Of a DNA stretch of 64,000 nucleotides, positions 30,001-39,795 are shown piece after piece. Position 1 is the first letter of the stretch. Every line of letters begins with the position of its first letter. Origin of the DNA: Blastocystis sp. Blastoise. Taxonomy: Eukaryota; Protista; Bigyra: Opalinata. Below the pieces are notes generated by a model. It was not told the origin of the DNA, did not search any database, and saw nothing but the letters and a program-made list of their open reading frames with translations. The DNA lies in NCBI GenBank assembly GCA_039096225.1, contig JBBPEB010000026.1, positions 558,001-622,000 of the forward strand, given 5' to 3'. A program made the translations under genes and the position numbers.

Positions 30001-30089
30001 AAATTGTTTATAGTGAAGATCAATATCATAATACGTCATCAACAAAACGAATTTTAATAGATAATACTTTATATGCTATACCAAATTAA
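27087..30089 (+). CDS. AEP primase - PriCT-2 - superfamily 3 helicase (D5-like); alternative ATG at 27048
   Basis: RLWFDLD (AEP motif I), SWGIHIY (II), FIDYNV (III), TWYKLCCA...FKNYS (PriCT-2-like), GSTGSNGKT (Walker A), YYMNE (Walker B), MTSN (motif C), IERR. Confidence 0.88.
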   Translation: MENSQIHFVYTFGSFNHDNSKDNHSEIIIPNPLPFYKSLFTNYQNPKELLHYIDCTPCNTSTNYRRLWFDLDYHQISNDFSFLTDSFIHEFIEEMCNHCIHYYNQEFISLLYTKKEVNKKTVHNEIHYSWGIHIYTNWFVNGDYLFFLYNSMILNTKLVDLCKMNNLDIKEFIDYNVIGKPRKNNGCMFLGCSKDNSPSTYKLYEEYTNKTWKKIDDEIDEHYYFKTLLNYKNEDDIISDIINPIIFYKLKQYSRYKRYYARLNNCSRTILCSIQDIKDIPMLISTDTILDTTASKEALLERYLLLIGSIEDMNYFESHNTWYKLCCAAKQICNTTRGLELFKNYSLRYGHDRSDDVIESTWNHIQVDPTHLSNNYILKILMDNKLFNKDDDNDFIFMSILECIQSFNLVDSQTLVMLFQLLEFNEIVSIILDKDNFILYTFDEYNILRRCKNNYDINFFETKITTFMKSIVEKFKLSRLYSKENEQHQKIVDKIMSASVTNEYHYKEWLNRYLKTYGKSYKEYLDTYMVHKERVIYTQLGYLYPKESTEEDPRQYYIQPYHKEDMVFEDLLIDTEFNVSWNINNEQKDIIQLFEQHIARYCEFDKKYESIMLRILTTAFYVNTQKTVSYILYGSTGSNGKTITTDLISRIVGSNQCIIVNPDNLEETSIAPKIVDMSNKTMYYMNELIEEDVTGRKKTFNPFSSKVFKEIAEKKEGASARKLFSNIFTKVHFTGTLFMTSNIQPTAVNAGPIERRVCFLPSCCRYFPPGNANLYEDYVDHNLPKRKQTVEKRLKPNHYEMDYTLSDKFYQNRSIIFSYLVSNYFYSSMQLDMHELDNEYHISECKKRFFDRSTEGYDLKSFVDNHITIDPYYLNVVTIEDIFNSYKKVNNNNQFTIKKDLDKFTNALFGCLSSKDTFNSIDIVNIHRKHTSNFYKGGNAIGICGLMIDNTYNECVDTDLFCLSNCLSKKEEIVYSEDQYHNTSSTKRILIDNTLYAIPN

Positions 30090-30133
30090 ATATATATTTA
30101 TTTTTTACTATAAAAAGTTGTTTTGTTTTAAAA

Positions 30134-31930
30134 TTAATAAAATTTAAATTGTATTCCATGAAAATGTTTTTTAGGGACTTTGACTTTAAAGAATGCATTA
30201 CTTTTATGTTTTTTCAATAAACCATGACCACGATGAATAGGTTCTAAAGGAGGCATAGTAGAAAGACTACGTAATGCATAAGTATCTGAATTATTCATAA
30301 CTATAGGTGTAGAGTTTTCATCTTGAGTATTTTGTTGCATAAGAGATGCTTGAGTATTCGTTAATTCTGAATCTGTTGTATTATTATGTAAATGATCAGG
30401 TAATAATTGTTTATTACGTATAAAACGATTATAACGATCTCTAGAATTCTCTGGAACTTCTTCAGATTCTAATGAACATCCTACAGGTAATTCATTTTCT
30501 AAATCTGTTTTATCTGGATAATGATGCTTTAATAGATCTTTATAATATCTTAATGTAATCATTATGGTATCATTATCTGATGAATATTGTTCTAGACTAC
30601 TTAATATCGATTCTGATTTCATATTGAAATTCTCTTTACCAAATACATCTTCATAGTCTTCATCATATTGTTCTATACGATCATTAAATCGTTTACATAA
30701 AAATAATAATTTATTTAATTGATTAATTTCTCTTGTATAAGTAATATTATTCATATCAATATGAAATGTTCTTGTTTTATTATCTAAATCTTGCAATTTA
30801 GTTGAATGAGAAGATAAATAAGGAGATATATAATTTTCCATATGTGTTGATTGACTATGTAACATCTTCATAATCGAATTTTCAAAGAGTTCTACACCTT
30901 TAGATTCGTGTTCTGAATCATTATGTTGGAATTGTGCTTCTCTTGATAATCTATAATAATATTGAGCAAATAAATGTCTTATAATATCACAACCATTAAT
31001 TAAAGAATTATTCTGTTGTGTTTTATAAATCCAGCCTAAATGGGGTTTTATATATTCATCACCAAATTTCAAATCACGTACTTTACCACCATTTTCAGTA
31101 ACAAATAAATAATGTCTTGGAAATAAACGTAATGATCTAGCTAAGACATTCAAATATTCTTCTGATAAATATTGATAAGTAGGATATTCATTCTTACCAA
31201 TTTCAAATCGATTCTTTGTATCATTCACATGAATAGTCAAAGTATTTAAATCAATATAATTGGTTGTTCTTCTTAAGGATAAAGGAATTTGTTGACCACG
31301 AGTATAGATTACACAATCATTATAATCATTACGAGCACATAATGTATCATAAGTTAAAACTAATAAATAACTATTCACATAATATAAATCATTAGGATTC
31401 TCTAAATAATTCTTTTTGGTGATATTAATGATTTCTCCCCAATCAGCTTCACAATTAATAATTTTCTGAGTGATTTCATAATGTCTTGAATAAGTAGCAT
31501 CAATTTGTAAAGAACCCCATAAATGTTCCCATTTCTTTATATTTTGTGGAGTAAATGCTTTATAATTAATGATATCTTCATCATCTGTACAAATAGATAT
31601 ATTCTTCATTATATATGTAATCATTTGCATATAATTAGCTACAGTAGTATTGGATAATCCACCTTGTTGTCCAGGAGCTTCTGTTTGTGTATGTTGCATA
31701 ACATTTTGAAATTGAAATGGATCTGTTAACACTTCTACACAAAAGAATGGTTCTTCCATATCATCGATTTGAATTCGTTCTTCATTACGAAATTTCTTAC
31801 ATATTGTCTTGATCCATTTCTTCCAATTTATACTTGTTGATAATTGTATTTTCTTCCAATGTAATAATTGATCTATACAATTTGTAAAGAATTCCTCACA
31901 ATCTTTATCTGAATAACCTGTTGATTGCAT
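30134..31930 (-). CDS. Tyrosine recombinase 2 with long C-terminal extension
   Basis: LCARNDY (R), DTKN (K), DIIRH (R), MLHSQSTHMENY (H, Y). Same motif order as recombinase 1. Confidence 0.75.
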   Translation of the reverse strand: MQSTGYSDKDCEEFFTNCIDQLLHWKKIQLSTSINWKKWIKTICKKFRNEERIQIDDMEEPFFCVEVLTDPFQFQNVMQHTQTEAPGQQGGLSNTTVANYMQMITYIMKNISICTDDEDIINYKAFTPQNIKKWEHLWGSLQIDATYSRHYEITQKIINCEADWGEIINITKKNYLENPNDLYYVNSYLLVLTYDTLCARNDYNDCVIYTRGQQIPLSLRRTTNYIDLNTLTIHVNDTKNRFEIGKNEYPTYQYLSEEYLNVLARSLRLFPRHYLFVTENGGKVRDLKFGDEYIKPHLGWIYKTQQNNSLINGCDIIRHLFAQYYYRLSREAQFQHNDSEHESKGVELFENSIMKMLHSQSTHMENYISPYLSSHSTKLQDLDNKTRTFHIDMNNITYTREINQLNKLLFLCKRFNDRIEQYDEDYEDVFGKENFNMKSESILSSLEQYSSDNDTIMITLRYYKDLLKHHYPDKTDLENELPVGCSLESEEVPENSRDRYNRFIRNKQLLPDHLHNNTTDSELTNTQASLMQQNTQDENSTPIVMNNSDTYALRSLSTMPPLEPIHRGHGLLKKHKSNAFFKVKVPKKHFHGIQFKFY

Positions 31931-31997
31931 TATTAAAAATTAAATTATTTATAAACAAAACAAATTTATTATTAATATTTTATAACATTTCATAGAA

Positions 31998-32420
31998 TTA
32001 TAAATGAAGAGATTGAACAATAGAATCAACACTTATATTTAATTTCATTAATTGAACAGCTAATTCTTGTATTGATTCATTTTGATTAGAATCAATTTCT
32101 TCTAATTCATTCAAGACTTCTGATATATGTTTGACTTCTTCTTCTATAATCGTTTGTTGTATTTTCATTGTCTTATAATAGACTTTCTTTGTTTGTGGAT
32201 TACAACAATTACAATGAATATCTATATTTTTAACAATTAATTGAAAGAATTCAGTTGATTTCTCAAATAAACATTTTATAGCTTTTATAATAAATTCTAA
32301 TAAAGTATTTTTCTTTTCTATTTCTTCTTCGGATAATGTGGTTGTTGTTGAACTATCTGAACTTGTTGAACTTGTACTTGATAAAGAATGTAAGGATTCA
32401 GATACAGATTTAGGCTCCAT
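31998..32420 (-). CDS. Viral hypothetical protein, 140 aa
   Basis: Ser/Thr-rich N-terminus, HCNCC motif, coiled-coil-like C-terminus. Confidence 0.55.
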   Translation of the reverse strand: MEPKSVSESLHSLSSTSSTSSDSSTTTTLSEEEIEKKNTLLEFIIKAIKCLFEKSTEFFQLIVKNIDIHCNCCNPQTKKVYYKTMKIQQTIIEEEVKHISEVLNELEEIDSNQNESIQELAVQLMKLNISVDSIVQSLHL

Positions 32421-32489
32421 TTTTTAATAATTTTTAAATGAATAATATAACAAAACATTTTTTAATTTAAATGAAATGAATTAAAATAT

Positions 32490-34925
32490 TTATATATAAG
32501 AGATAGTTAATAAAACAACACAAGGATAATCACATGTTATAAAGAACATATTATCATGAGGTAATAACTTTAATAATTTACGATTACAATAATAAACATT
32601 CTTATTGATCTTATTCGATATACCTTCATATTTAATACCATTCGAATAGTAATAAGGTAGATTTGTAGTATCAATAACATGAATATTATTCTCATATTCA
32701 TTAGTAAAACATCTTAATGAAATAGGATATAAGTAATCAGTGGATTGACCATACACTGATATAATTTGTATATTCGTTAAGTATTGATATCCATAGACAT
32801 TGGGTTTCTTCAATTCATAAATTAAATTCTTACTTGTACTAAAATCACAATATACTTCATCATAAGCTTTGAAACGTATATCACTACCATTCGGTTCACA
32901 TATATTACAAATGATATTTCCTTTGAATAATTCATCAAATCTTAAATCGATATGATGATCAATTGTGATTGGAGAATTTATATTACTATAAGTAACATAT
33001 TTATCCGATAAAGGAAAACTAAATGTAGGATAATATGATCCATTTATATATCCAGTACATAATTTAGATGCATTTGCTTGGATTGTATCTGTATCATTTT
33101 GAATAATAATATCTTTTAAGATCTTATTTTGGATATTCAATGTAGGATATTCAGCATAGAATTGTGTGTCTGCTGTTTGACAATTCAAACATAATTTCTT
33201 AATAGTTTCACTTGGTTGAATCGTATCGACTGTATCTGAGAATTCTAAGAATCCTCTTAAAATACAATTATTATTAAAATTCACATATTGTTTATTTTTA
33301 TCAGTATATCGTATAATAATATCTTGTATTGTATTCAAATAAGGAGACACATTAATATTCATAATATCATGAAATTCATTATTGCCTTTATAATTATTCA
33401 CATTAAATGAATATAAAGAATTCTGACTATTATCTACTATATTCGATTGAGCTATTAACATTCCCTTTGGACGACTACTATCAATATTATGAATACCATA
33501 ATTAATAATTTCATCATGACCTAATTTATTATAACCTAGGATTTCACCTAATTCTTGAGCTTGAGAAAAATCTATATGATAACTATCAGTATAACACTTA
33601 TAATTACCATCTAAATCTAATGTATTCAAATCAACAGGTGTATCTGGTAATAATTGTTTACCATAAGATACATGCCAAGCAAAACATCCTTGTTCATCAT
33701 AAACTAAATCAGGACGTATATTATGTAGAGCACCACGATACTTAAATAAGGAGTGCTCTATATCTGTAGCTGTAAATGTGAATGACGTAGAATCAGTACC
33801 TTTACAAGATAAATATATTATATATCCATCCTTATTGTCCATAGTCTGAGTATCTTTGGATATACTTAAATAATCCGTATAAATTGTATTATTGATTGAA
33901 CTTTCTAATAATTCATAGAATTTGTTTTCTGTGTAATTTCCAGGAGGAACAGTGAATGTAGTTTCATGAACACCATCATAACCACTCAATTGTCGAACAA
34001 TCATTGTATTATATCCATCTTCCACAAAGACTGTTCTTTTAATTCTATTTAATGTAATTTCCTCTTGAAGTGAAGTATATGTCAATGTTTCTGAATCTTC
34101 AAATAAGCCAGTGAATAATTGTTTTTCTAAACTGAGTATATTATTACTTGACCATTGGAAATAAAATTTATGTTCATCAGCTAATACACATTTCATAATT
34201 CCATTAGAACCTTGTGTTGGAACAATATAACTTGAATGATCACTCACACCATCAGTAAAGAATTCATTCAATTCATAGATTCCTGTTGATGTAACAGGAA
34301 CATTATAAGAAGTTAATTGAGGTCGATATATGGTTATAGTATCATCATCATATCTCATCATTAAACGATTAAATTTATCACCCCATTTAGCTGATACACA
34401 ACATACAGCTATCCACCAAAACTCTATATCCGTATAAGTACCTTTTGGAAAGTAAAAACCACGTCTTTTATTATAAATTGTAATTTCACAATACCAATCA
34501 TCTCTATCAATGGTTATTGTAGGGGATTCATTAATTTTGACAGTAGGATCAATATCAGGAGAATCTTTTATTACTGGTCTATCACATACATCAAAATGAC
34601 ATAGTTCTAATAATTGTGGAATGGAATAATTTTTCTGATCTAAAGTGATTGTATATACGGAACTATTACCATTGACACGAGTATTTATATATTTGAATAT
34701 TTGTGTTTTTGTGAATGTATCAAATAGAGGCACACTTTCACTACCAATTAAATTAAGATCAATATAAGAAATGATATTTTTAGTGATATCAATAGAATTC
34801 GATAAATGTATATTGAATTGATTATCAATACAACGAACATCAATAGGGACTACATGTGTTTTAATACGAGTATCCTTCTCTTCTAATGAAGTCTGTTCTT
34901 CATAATTATCATCATCAAGTTCCAT
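32490..34925 (-). CDS. Large minor capsid (penton-like) protein with insertions
   Basis: Repeated penton-type motifs LDQKNYS, FPKGTYT and VPPGNYT, then LGEILGY, SNIV and IRYTDKNKQYVNFN. Confidence 0.6.
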   Translation of the reverse strand: MELDDDNYEEQTSLEEKDTRIKTHVVPIDVRCIDNQFNIHLSNSIDITKNIISYIDLNLIGSESVPLFDTFTKTQIFKYINTRVNGNSSVYTITLDQKNYSIPQLLELCHFDVCDRPVIKDSPDIDPTVKINESPTITIDRDDWYCEITIYNKRRGFYFPKGTYTDIEFWWIAVCCVSAKWGDKFNRLMMRYDDDTITIYRPQLTSYNVPVTSTGIYELNEFFTDGVSDHSSYIVPTQGSNGIMKCVLADEHKFYFQWSSNNILSLEKQLFTGLFEDSETLTYTSLQEEITLNRIKRTVFVEDGYNTMIVRQLSGYDGVHETTFTVPPGNYTENKFYELLESSINNTIYTDYLSISKDTQTMDNKDGYIIYLSCKGTDSTSFTFTATDIEHSLFKYRGALHNIRPDLVYDEQGCFAWHVSYGKQLLPDTPVDLNTLDLDGNYKCYTDSYHIDFSQAQELGEILGYNKLGHDEIINYGIHNIDSSRPKGMLIAQSNIVDNSQNSLYSFNVNNYKGNNEFHDIMNINVSPYLNTIQDIIIRYTDKNKQYVNFNNNCILRGFLEFSDTVDTIQPSETIKKLCLNCQTADTQFYAEYPTLNIQNKILKDIIIQNDTDTIQANASKLCTGYINGSYYPTFSFPLSDKYVTYSNINSPITIDHHIDLRFDELFKGNIICNICEPNGSDIRFKAYDEVYCDFSTSKNLIYELKKPNVYGYQYLTNIQIISVYGQSTDYLYPISLRCFTNEYENNIHVIDTTNLPYYYSNGIKYEGISNKINKNVYYCNRKLLKLLPHDNMFFITCDYPCVVLLTISYI

Positions 34926-34998
34926 ATTTTCTAATTTATTAAATTATAATTTATATTAATTTTATTTTATTTATTAATATTTTTTTTATTAAAAAAAA

Positions 34999-36471
34999 AT
35001 GAGAATCTTAAGAATTAAAGATAATATTCCTATTCAAAGCAATACTGATATTCTATCTAGTCCTTATATCTTTCAATATCATTGGACTAATGTGGATAAT
35101 ACTTATATCAATTTCAATCAATCCTATTTGGATCTTACTGTCAAAGCAACTGTAACAGATAAAGCTGGACCAGTTTCTGTTTATTTAGATGAAACAGGTA
35201 CTTCTGCTAGTTTCACCTATGATCAATTATGTCAATATTTCTTGGATCAATTAGTTCAAAAAGCTAATATTTATTCTATTATTGATACTACTGATATTGA
35301 AATGGTTTATACATTACCTGATGGATCTGATCGTGCTTTAAAATATGAAGAAAATTGTACACATGCTTCACGTGGTCGTAAAATGATATTATTAAAAGAT
35401 ATTAGTAAAAATGATTTAGAAAAATCTATGTATGGTGAAGATTTATCTGCAGATACTTATGAATTGAATTCTATTCGTTATATACGTGCACATCCAAATG
35501 AATCTATTCATATTGCTATTCCTTTATATCTTATTAGTGGTTTAGGTGTTGATGGAGATTCTTTAATATTAACTAAACATTTCAATATGTTATTTAGAAC
35601 TAGTACTATTGAATCATTAATTGATAATAAAATGAGTATTTATTTCAAGAATGGTACTGCTACCAAAACTACCGAATGGTTACATTTAGATGATGAAAAA
35701 TGGTTTAGTACATTCAAGATTGAATCAGCTACTATGAATTTAATGACTTATAAAGATATTCAGTTCCAATCGAATGAATTATATAAAACTATACCTACAT
35801 GTATTCAAGTCGATTATCAAAATACAAGAATAACTAGTGATCATTTCAATATCAATAGAGCTTTACCATTTATACCTGAATATATATTATACTGGTTTAC
35901 AAATGGGTATAGTTCAACAACTATTAGTAATGTAGCTAGTCCATCTGTATGGCCTAAATATCAAAGTTGTTTGATTGGTGATGTTCAAATGTTCCCTCAA
36001 ACTGAATTCCCTACTCAAATGTATTATCATAATCTTACTACTAAAGGTCATGTCTTCAATAATGAAGAAACTGCTAGTTTATCTTGTCCTAATAAAAATC
36101 TATATTGTTTATGGGCTGATAATTCAAATCCTGAAACTATTCTTAAATATGATGAATGGATTAAACATCCTATTTATATTATTCCAACTAAAGCATTAAT
36201 GAATATCCAATCAGATAGTGGTATAGAAATGAATTTTGATTGTAATCTAGATGTCCATGATATTGAATATGGTCATGCTGATTCATCTACTGTTCCTGAT
36301 GGATATACATGTACATATAATGAAACTACTAAAATATGGACACCTGATACTGGTGCTTCTTATAGTGTAGCTTCTCATGCTGGTATTTATAAACATATTA
36401 ATACTGAACTAGATGAGAAGCATCCTTATACATTACATATGATTGCTGTACGTAGTGTACGTGATATTTAA
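34999..36471 (+). CDS. Major capsid protein paralogue 1 (double jelly-roll type)
   Basis: YINFNQSYLDLTVK, IPLYLISG and PEYILYWF match the Polinton/PLV MCP pattern. Collinear paralogue of 36648-37871. Confidence 0.7.
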   Translation: MRILRIKDNIPIQSNTDILSSPYIFQYHWTNVDNTYINFNQSYLDLTVKATVTDKAGPVSVYLDETGTSASFTYDQLCQYFLDQLVQKANIYSIIDTTDIEMVYTLPDGSDRALKYEENCTHASRGRKMILLKDISKNDLEKSMYGEDLSADTYELNSIRYIRAHPNESIHIAIPLYLISGLGVDGDSLILTKHFNMLFRTSTIESLIDNKMSIYFKNGTATKTTEWLHLDDEKWFSTFKIESATMNLMTYKDIQFQSNELYKTIPTCIQVDYQNTRITSDHFNINRALPFIPEYILYWFTNGYSSTTISNVASPSVWPKYQSCLIGDVQMFPQTEFPTQMYYHNLTTKGHVFNNEETASLSCPNKNLYCLWADNSNPETILKYDEWIKHPIYIIPTKALMNIQSDSGIEMNFDCNLDVHDIEYGHADSSTVPDGYTCTYNETTKIWTPDTGASYSVASHAGIYKHINTELDEKHPYTLHMIAVRSVRDI

Positions 36472-36647
36472 ATTTAATATTTCTTACTTACTATTCTTAA
36501 CGTTAACTTGTTTAATTAATTCTATTCTATTCTATAATAAAATCATTTGTTTTGTTATAAAAATTAAAATTAATTAATAATTATAAAATATTATTATTAT
36601 TTTATTTTTATTTTGTTAAAAAAAATACATAAACAATAATTACTAAC

Positions 36648-37871
36648 ATGGAAGGATTCCCAAGACAATTCTTACCTTCAAAGGCAAATCAAACTATTAA
36701 ACCTGTACAAATTCCTATTCTAGTTTCTACAAGTCAAGATTTATTAAATCAACCTTATCCATTTGAATTCTTATATAATTCAGTGGATAGCCCTTATATT
36801 GATTTCAGTAATTCATTCTTAGAACTGAATTTCAATATTACTGGTACTAGAGACAAAAATTCAACATCTTCAGTTGTACAACATTCTAATATCTATAGTA
36901 TTATTGATAAAATTACTACAGATCTTACGTTTGTATCTCCTACGGGTCAAGATATTCTTATTAATTATTCTGAATCTTCTATTGAATCCAGTAAAGCAAG
37001 AAAATTTGTTACTATTAAAGAATTAAGTAAAGATGAAATTGATAAATCTATGTATAGTATGACAGAATGCTTATATAATAACACGTTGAGTAGTATTGCT
37101 GGAATGGAAATGAAAGAAAAAGCTCAAGTTATTATTCCTTTATCTCTTATTACTGGTCTTGGTACATTTGATTGTGCTATTAAAGTAAAATCTTTGAAGA
37201 TGCAATTCGTTACAAATTATTTAAAGAATCTATTTACCGGTACCACTGTAATCACTGCATTGAAATTTGATCGTGTTTATATTCATCTTCAACAAATTTA
37301 TGATATTAATTTTGGTAATGATCCACGTGCTTTGATTAAATGTATTCCTAATAATTGTCAGATATCTGCATTCACTACACCTGTTTATTCACAAGCATCA
37401 GTATCAGGTACACCAACTCCACAACAATTCTTATCCAATAGAAGTGTTGTTTTCGTACCTGATTATTGTATGTTATACTTCACAAATCAAGAGAAGAGCA
37501 TGATTCCTATTAAAACTGAATTATTAAAATCATGTCAATTCCAAATTGGTGGTCAAAATATCTTACCAAAGACGGATTTCCCTACTACGTATAAAACAAC
37601 GAATCCATCACAAATTATTCCTAATGCTATGCTTTATAATACTTGGAGATGTAATAGTCATCCTCAATCTCCTTTAAACGGTGAAAAGTGGTATGAACAA
37701 CCTATTTATATATTCCCTATTTCAAGTGTTGTTGATGTCAATACGCGTAGTGGTTGTGAAGTTAATATCTCATTATTAACTGAATATACTGGTGGAACTG
37801 TTACTGGTCCTTATACTTTATATGCTCATTTTATATTTGTTAAATTTGTTAGAGATGGTGCTACCAATTAA
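36648..37871 (+). CDS. Major capsid protein paralogue 2 (double jelly-roll type)
   Basis: YIDFSNSFLELNFNI, NIYSIID, IPLSLITG, PDYCMLYF, PIYIFP. Beta-rich, 407 aa, next to penton and ATPase. Confidence 0.72.
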   Translation: MEGFPRQFLPSKANQTIKPVQIPILVSTSQDLLNQPYPFEFLYNSVDSPYIDFSNSFLELNFNITGTRDKNSTSSVVQHSNIYSIIDKITTDLTFVSPTGQDILINYSESSIESSKARKFVTIKELSKDEIDKSMYSMTECLYNNTLSSIAGMEMKEKAQVIIPLSLITGLGTFDCAIKVKSLKMQFVTNYLKNLFTGTTVITALKFDRVYIHLQQIYDINFGNDPRALIKCIPNNCQISAFTTPVYSQASVSGTPTPQQFLSNRSVVFVPDYCMLYFTNQEKSMIPIKTELLKSCQFQIGGQNILPKTDFPTTYKTTNPSQIIPNAMLYNTWRCNSHPQSPLNGEKWYEQPIYIFPISSVVDVNTRSGCEVNISLLTEYTGGTVTGPYTLYAHFIFVKFVRDGATN

Positions 37872-37969
37872 TTTATTTATTTGATATTTTTATTATTTGT
37901 ATCAACTTTATATTATTCTAAAAAAATATTGTTTTGTTTATAATTTCATAATTAATTCATTTAATAAAA

Positions 37970-38635
37970 ATGACATCAATATCTCATCTAAGTAAAATTA
38001 CAAGTCAAATCTGTCATGAACAATTCAATTATACTTTGGATTTAGTAGGTAAAAATATTACTCATATCAATACATTAGTGAATACAAGTGATATCATTAA
38101 TATCCCATCTTTCAGAATAACTGAAAATAATGCAACAGCACATACATTTCCAGCTGGTAACTATTCATTGGAAGAATTCTTTGAGAAATTAATTGAACTT
38201 GGTAAGAAGATGACAATATCTGTATCTGGACAAACGAGTGCATTCTATTATGATAAAGAAACAAAAACATTTGGTACGTATAGTGGATTCAGAAGAAGTC
38301 TTAGTAATAAAGAATTCTTTTATTATTTAGGATTAGATGATGAATACTTTAATACACCAATTACTTACAGTGATGAATATATATCTAATAATATTTCATG
38401 GTATAAGATCTATATGTTACGTGTGTATTGTGATATTATTAATAAAGATAATGATTTGATTTCTATTCCTTTATATGCTAAACAAGGATTTGATAATACA
38501 TTTGCTTTAAGTGATTTATCTATTCCATGTATTGATGGTAAATATACAGATATCCAATGGGAAATATATGATCAATTAAATAATCCAATTGATTTATCAA
38601 ATACAAATCTTTATATATACTTTACTGCATCTTAA
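37970..38635 (+). CDS. Minor capsid protein (penton, single jelly-roll type)
   Basis: FPAGNYS, YYLG, LRVYCDII, IQWEIYDQLNNPIDL. Confidence 0.75.
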   Translation: MTSISHLSKITSQICHEQFNYTLDLVGKNITHINTLVNTSDIINIPSFRITENNATAHTFPAGNYSLEEFFEKLIELGKKMTISVSGQTSAFYYDKETKTFGTYSGFRRSLSNKEFFYYLGLDDEYFNTPITYSDEYISNNISWYKIYMLRVYCDIINKDNDLISIPLYAKQGFDNTFALSDLSIPCIDGKYTDIQWEIYDQLNNPIDLSNTNLYIYFTAS

Positions 38636-38704
38636 TAAAATCATTTATTTATCTTTAACTTATCATTAATTATTTTTTGTTTTGTTGATTAAAATCATAT
38701 AAAA

Positions 38705-39742
38705 ATGGTGAATAAAATAAATCCATTAAAAGAAACACGTAAAGGATGTGGAGTCTTAGAATTTAAATATGGAAAATCACATCATAAAACATATGAATCA
38801 AAATTTATATTGATTATTGCAAGAACATTCTCAGGAAAATCTTTCTTAACTGTGAATCTCTTATGTTCTATGGATCTTAAAAATAAATATAAACAAGTCA
38901 CAGTAATTTGTCCTGATGCATCCAATAAGAATGAATGTTATACATCCTTTCAAGATATTTGTGAACATGCTGGAATTGATTATAAATGGTATGATTCTGT
39001 AGATGATAAATTTAAAAAGATTAAAACTGTTGATGAATTAGTCAATACATATAAATTACCAGAACATAATTTTATTGTATTGGATGATATCTATCCATTA
39101 TCTAGACAAACCAAACAATTGATTGTATCTATATTATCTAAAGGTCGTCATTATAAACAGAATGCTATTATATGTCTTCAAAGTCATACAGATGTCACGA
39201 ATCAATCTATATTAAGTCAAGTATCTCATTTCTTTATTAATAGTCAAATCTTAAAACGTGATCCTGGATTCTTACCAGATAAATTAAAGATTATGCCATC
39301 GAATCTAAATGAAATTCTTACAGATGAAGAATTAATGAATGATCCACATCAATTCTTTATGTTAAAACAAGGTAGTGATGATTTAACGATATGGACAAAT
39401 CCTGATTGTGGTAGTAAACAGAATGTATATAAGATGGTAAAGAAACGGAAATGGACAGAAGAAGATAGTGAAAAAGAGAAACGAGAAGAACAAGGTGAAG
39501 TATCAGGTAGTGGTATTAAACGTCCTAATGAACATATATCTACATATGAAAAGAAAATGAAGAAGTTTTTACCTGTTGAAGAAGAAGTCTCATTGAAAGG
39601 TATTGAACGAGATGAAAAAGATAAACCTAAAGAATCCATCTTACAAATCATACAAGATCAAATCATACAAGATAGTCAACGACGCATTTTCAATCCTTAT
39701 TTAAATAAAAAACATTATTCTGGTTATCCTTCTTTTCATTAA
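38705..39742 (+). CDS. A32/FtsK-HerA family DNA packaging ATPase
   Basis: IIARTFSGKS (Walker A variant), IVLDD (Walker B), KGRHY (Arg finger), ICLQ. Confidence 0.87.
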   Translation: MVNKINPLKETRKGCGVLEFKYGKSHHKTYESKFILIIARTFSGKSFLTVNLLCSMDLKNKYKQVTVICPDASNKNECYTSFQDICEHAGIDYKWYDSVDDKFKKIKTVDELVNTYKLPEHNFIVLDDIYPLSRQTKQLIVSILSKGRHYKQNAIICLQSHTDVTNQSILSQVSHFFINSQILKRDPGFLPDKLKIMPSNLNEILTDEELMNDPHQFFMLKQGSDDLTIWTNPDCGSKQNVYKMVKKRKWTEEDSEKEKREEQGEVSGSGIKRPNEHISTYEKKMKKFLPVEEEVSLKGIERDEKDKPKESILQIIQDQIIQDSQRRIFNPYLNKKHYSGYPSFH

Positions 39743-39795
39743 TTTTTTTATATTTTAATTTGTTAAATAAACCATAATTATTTTATTGTTTTGTT

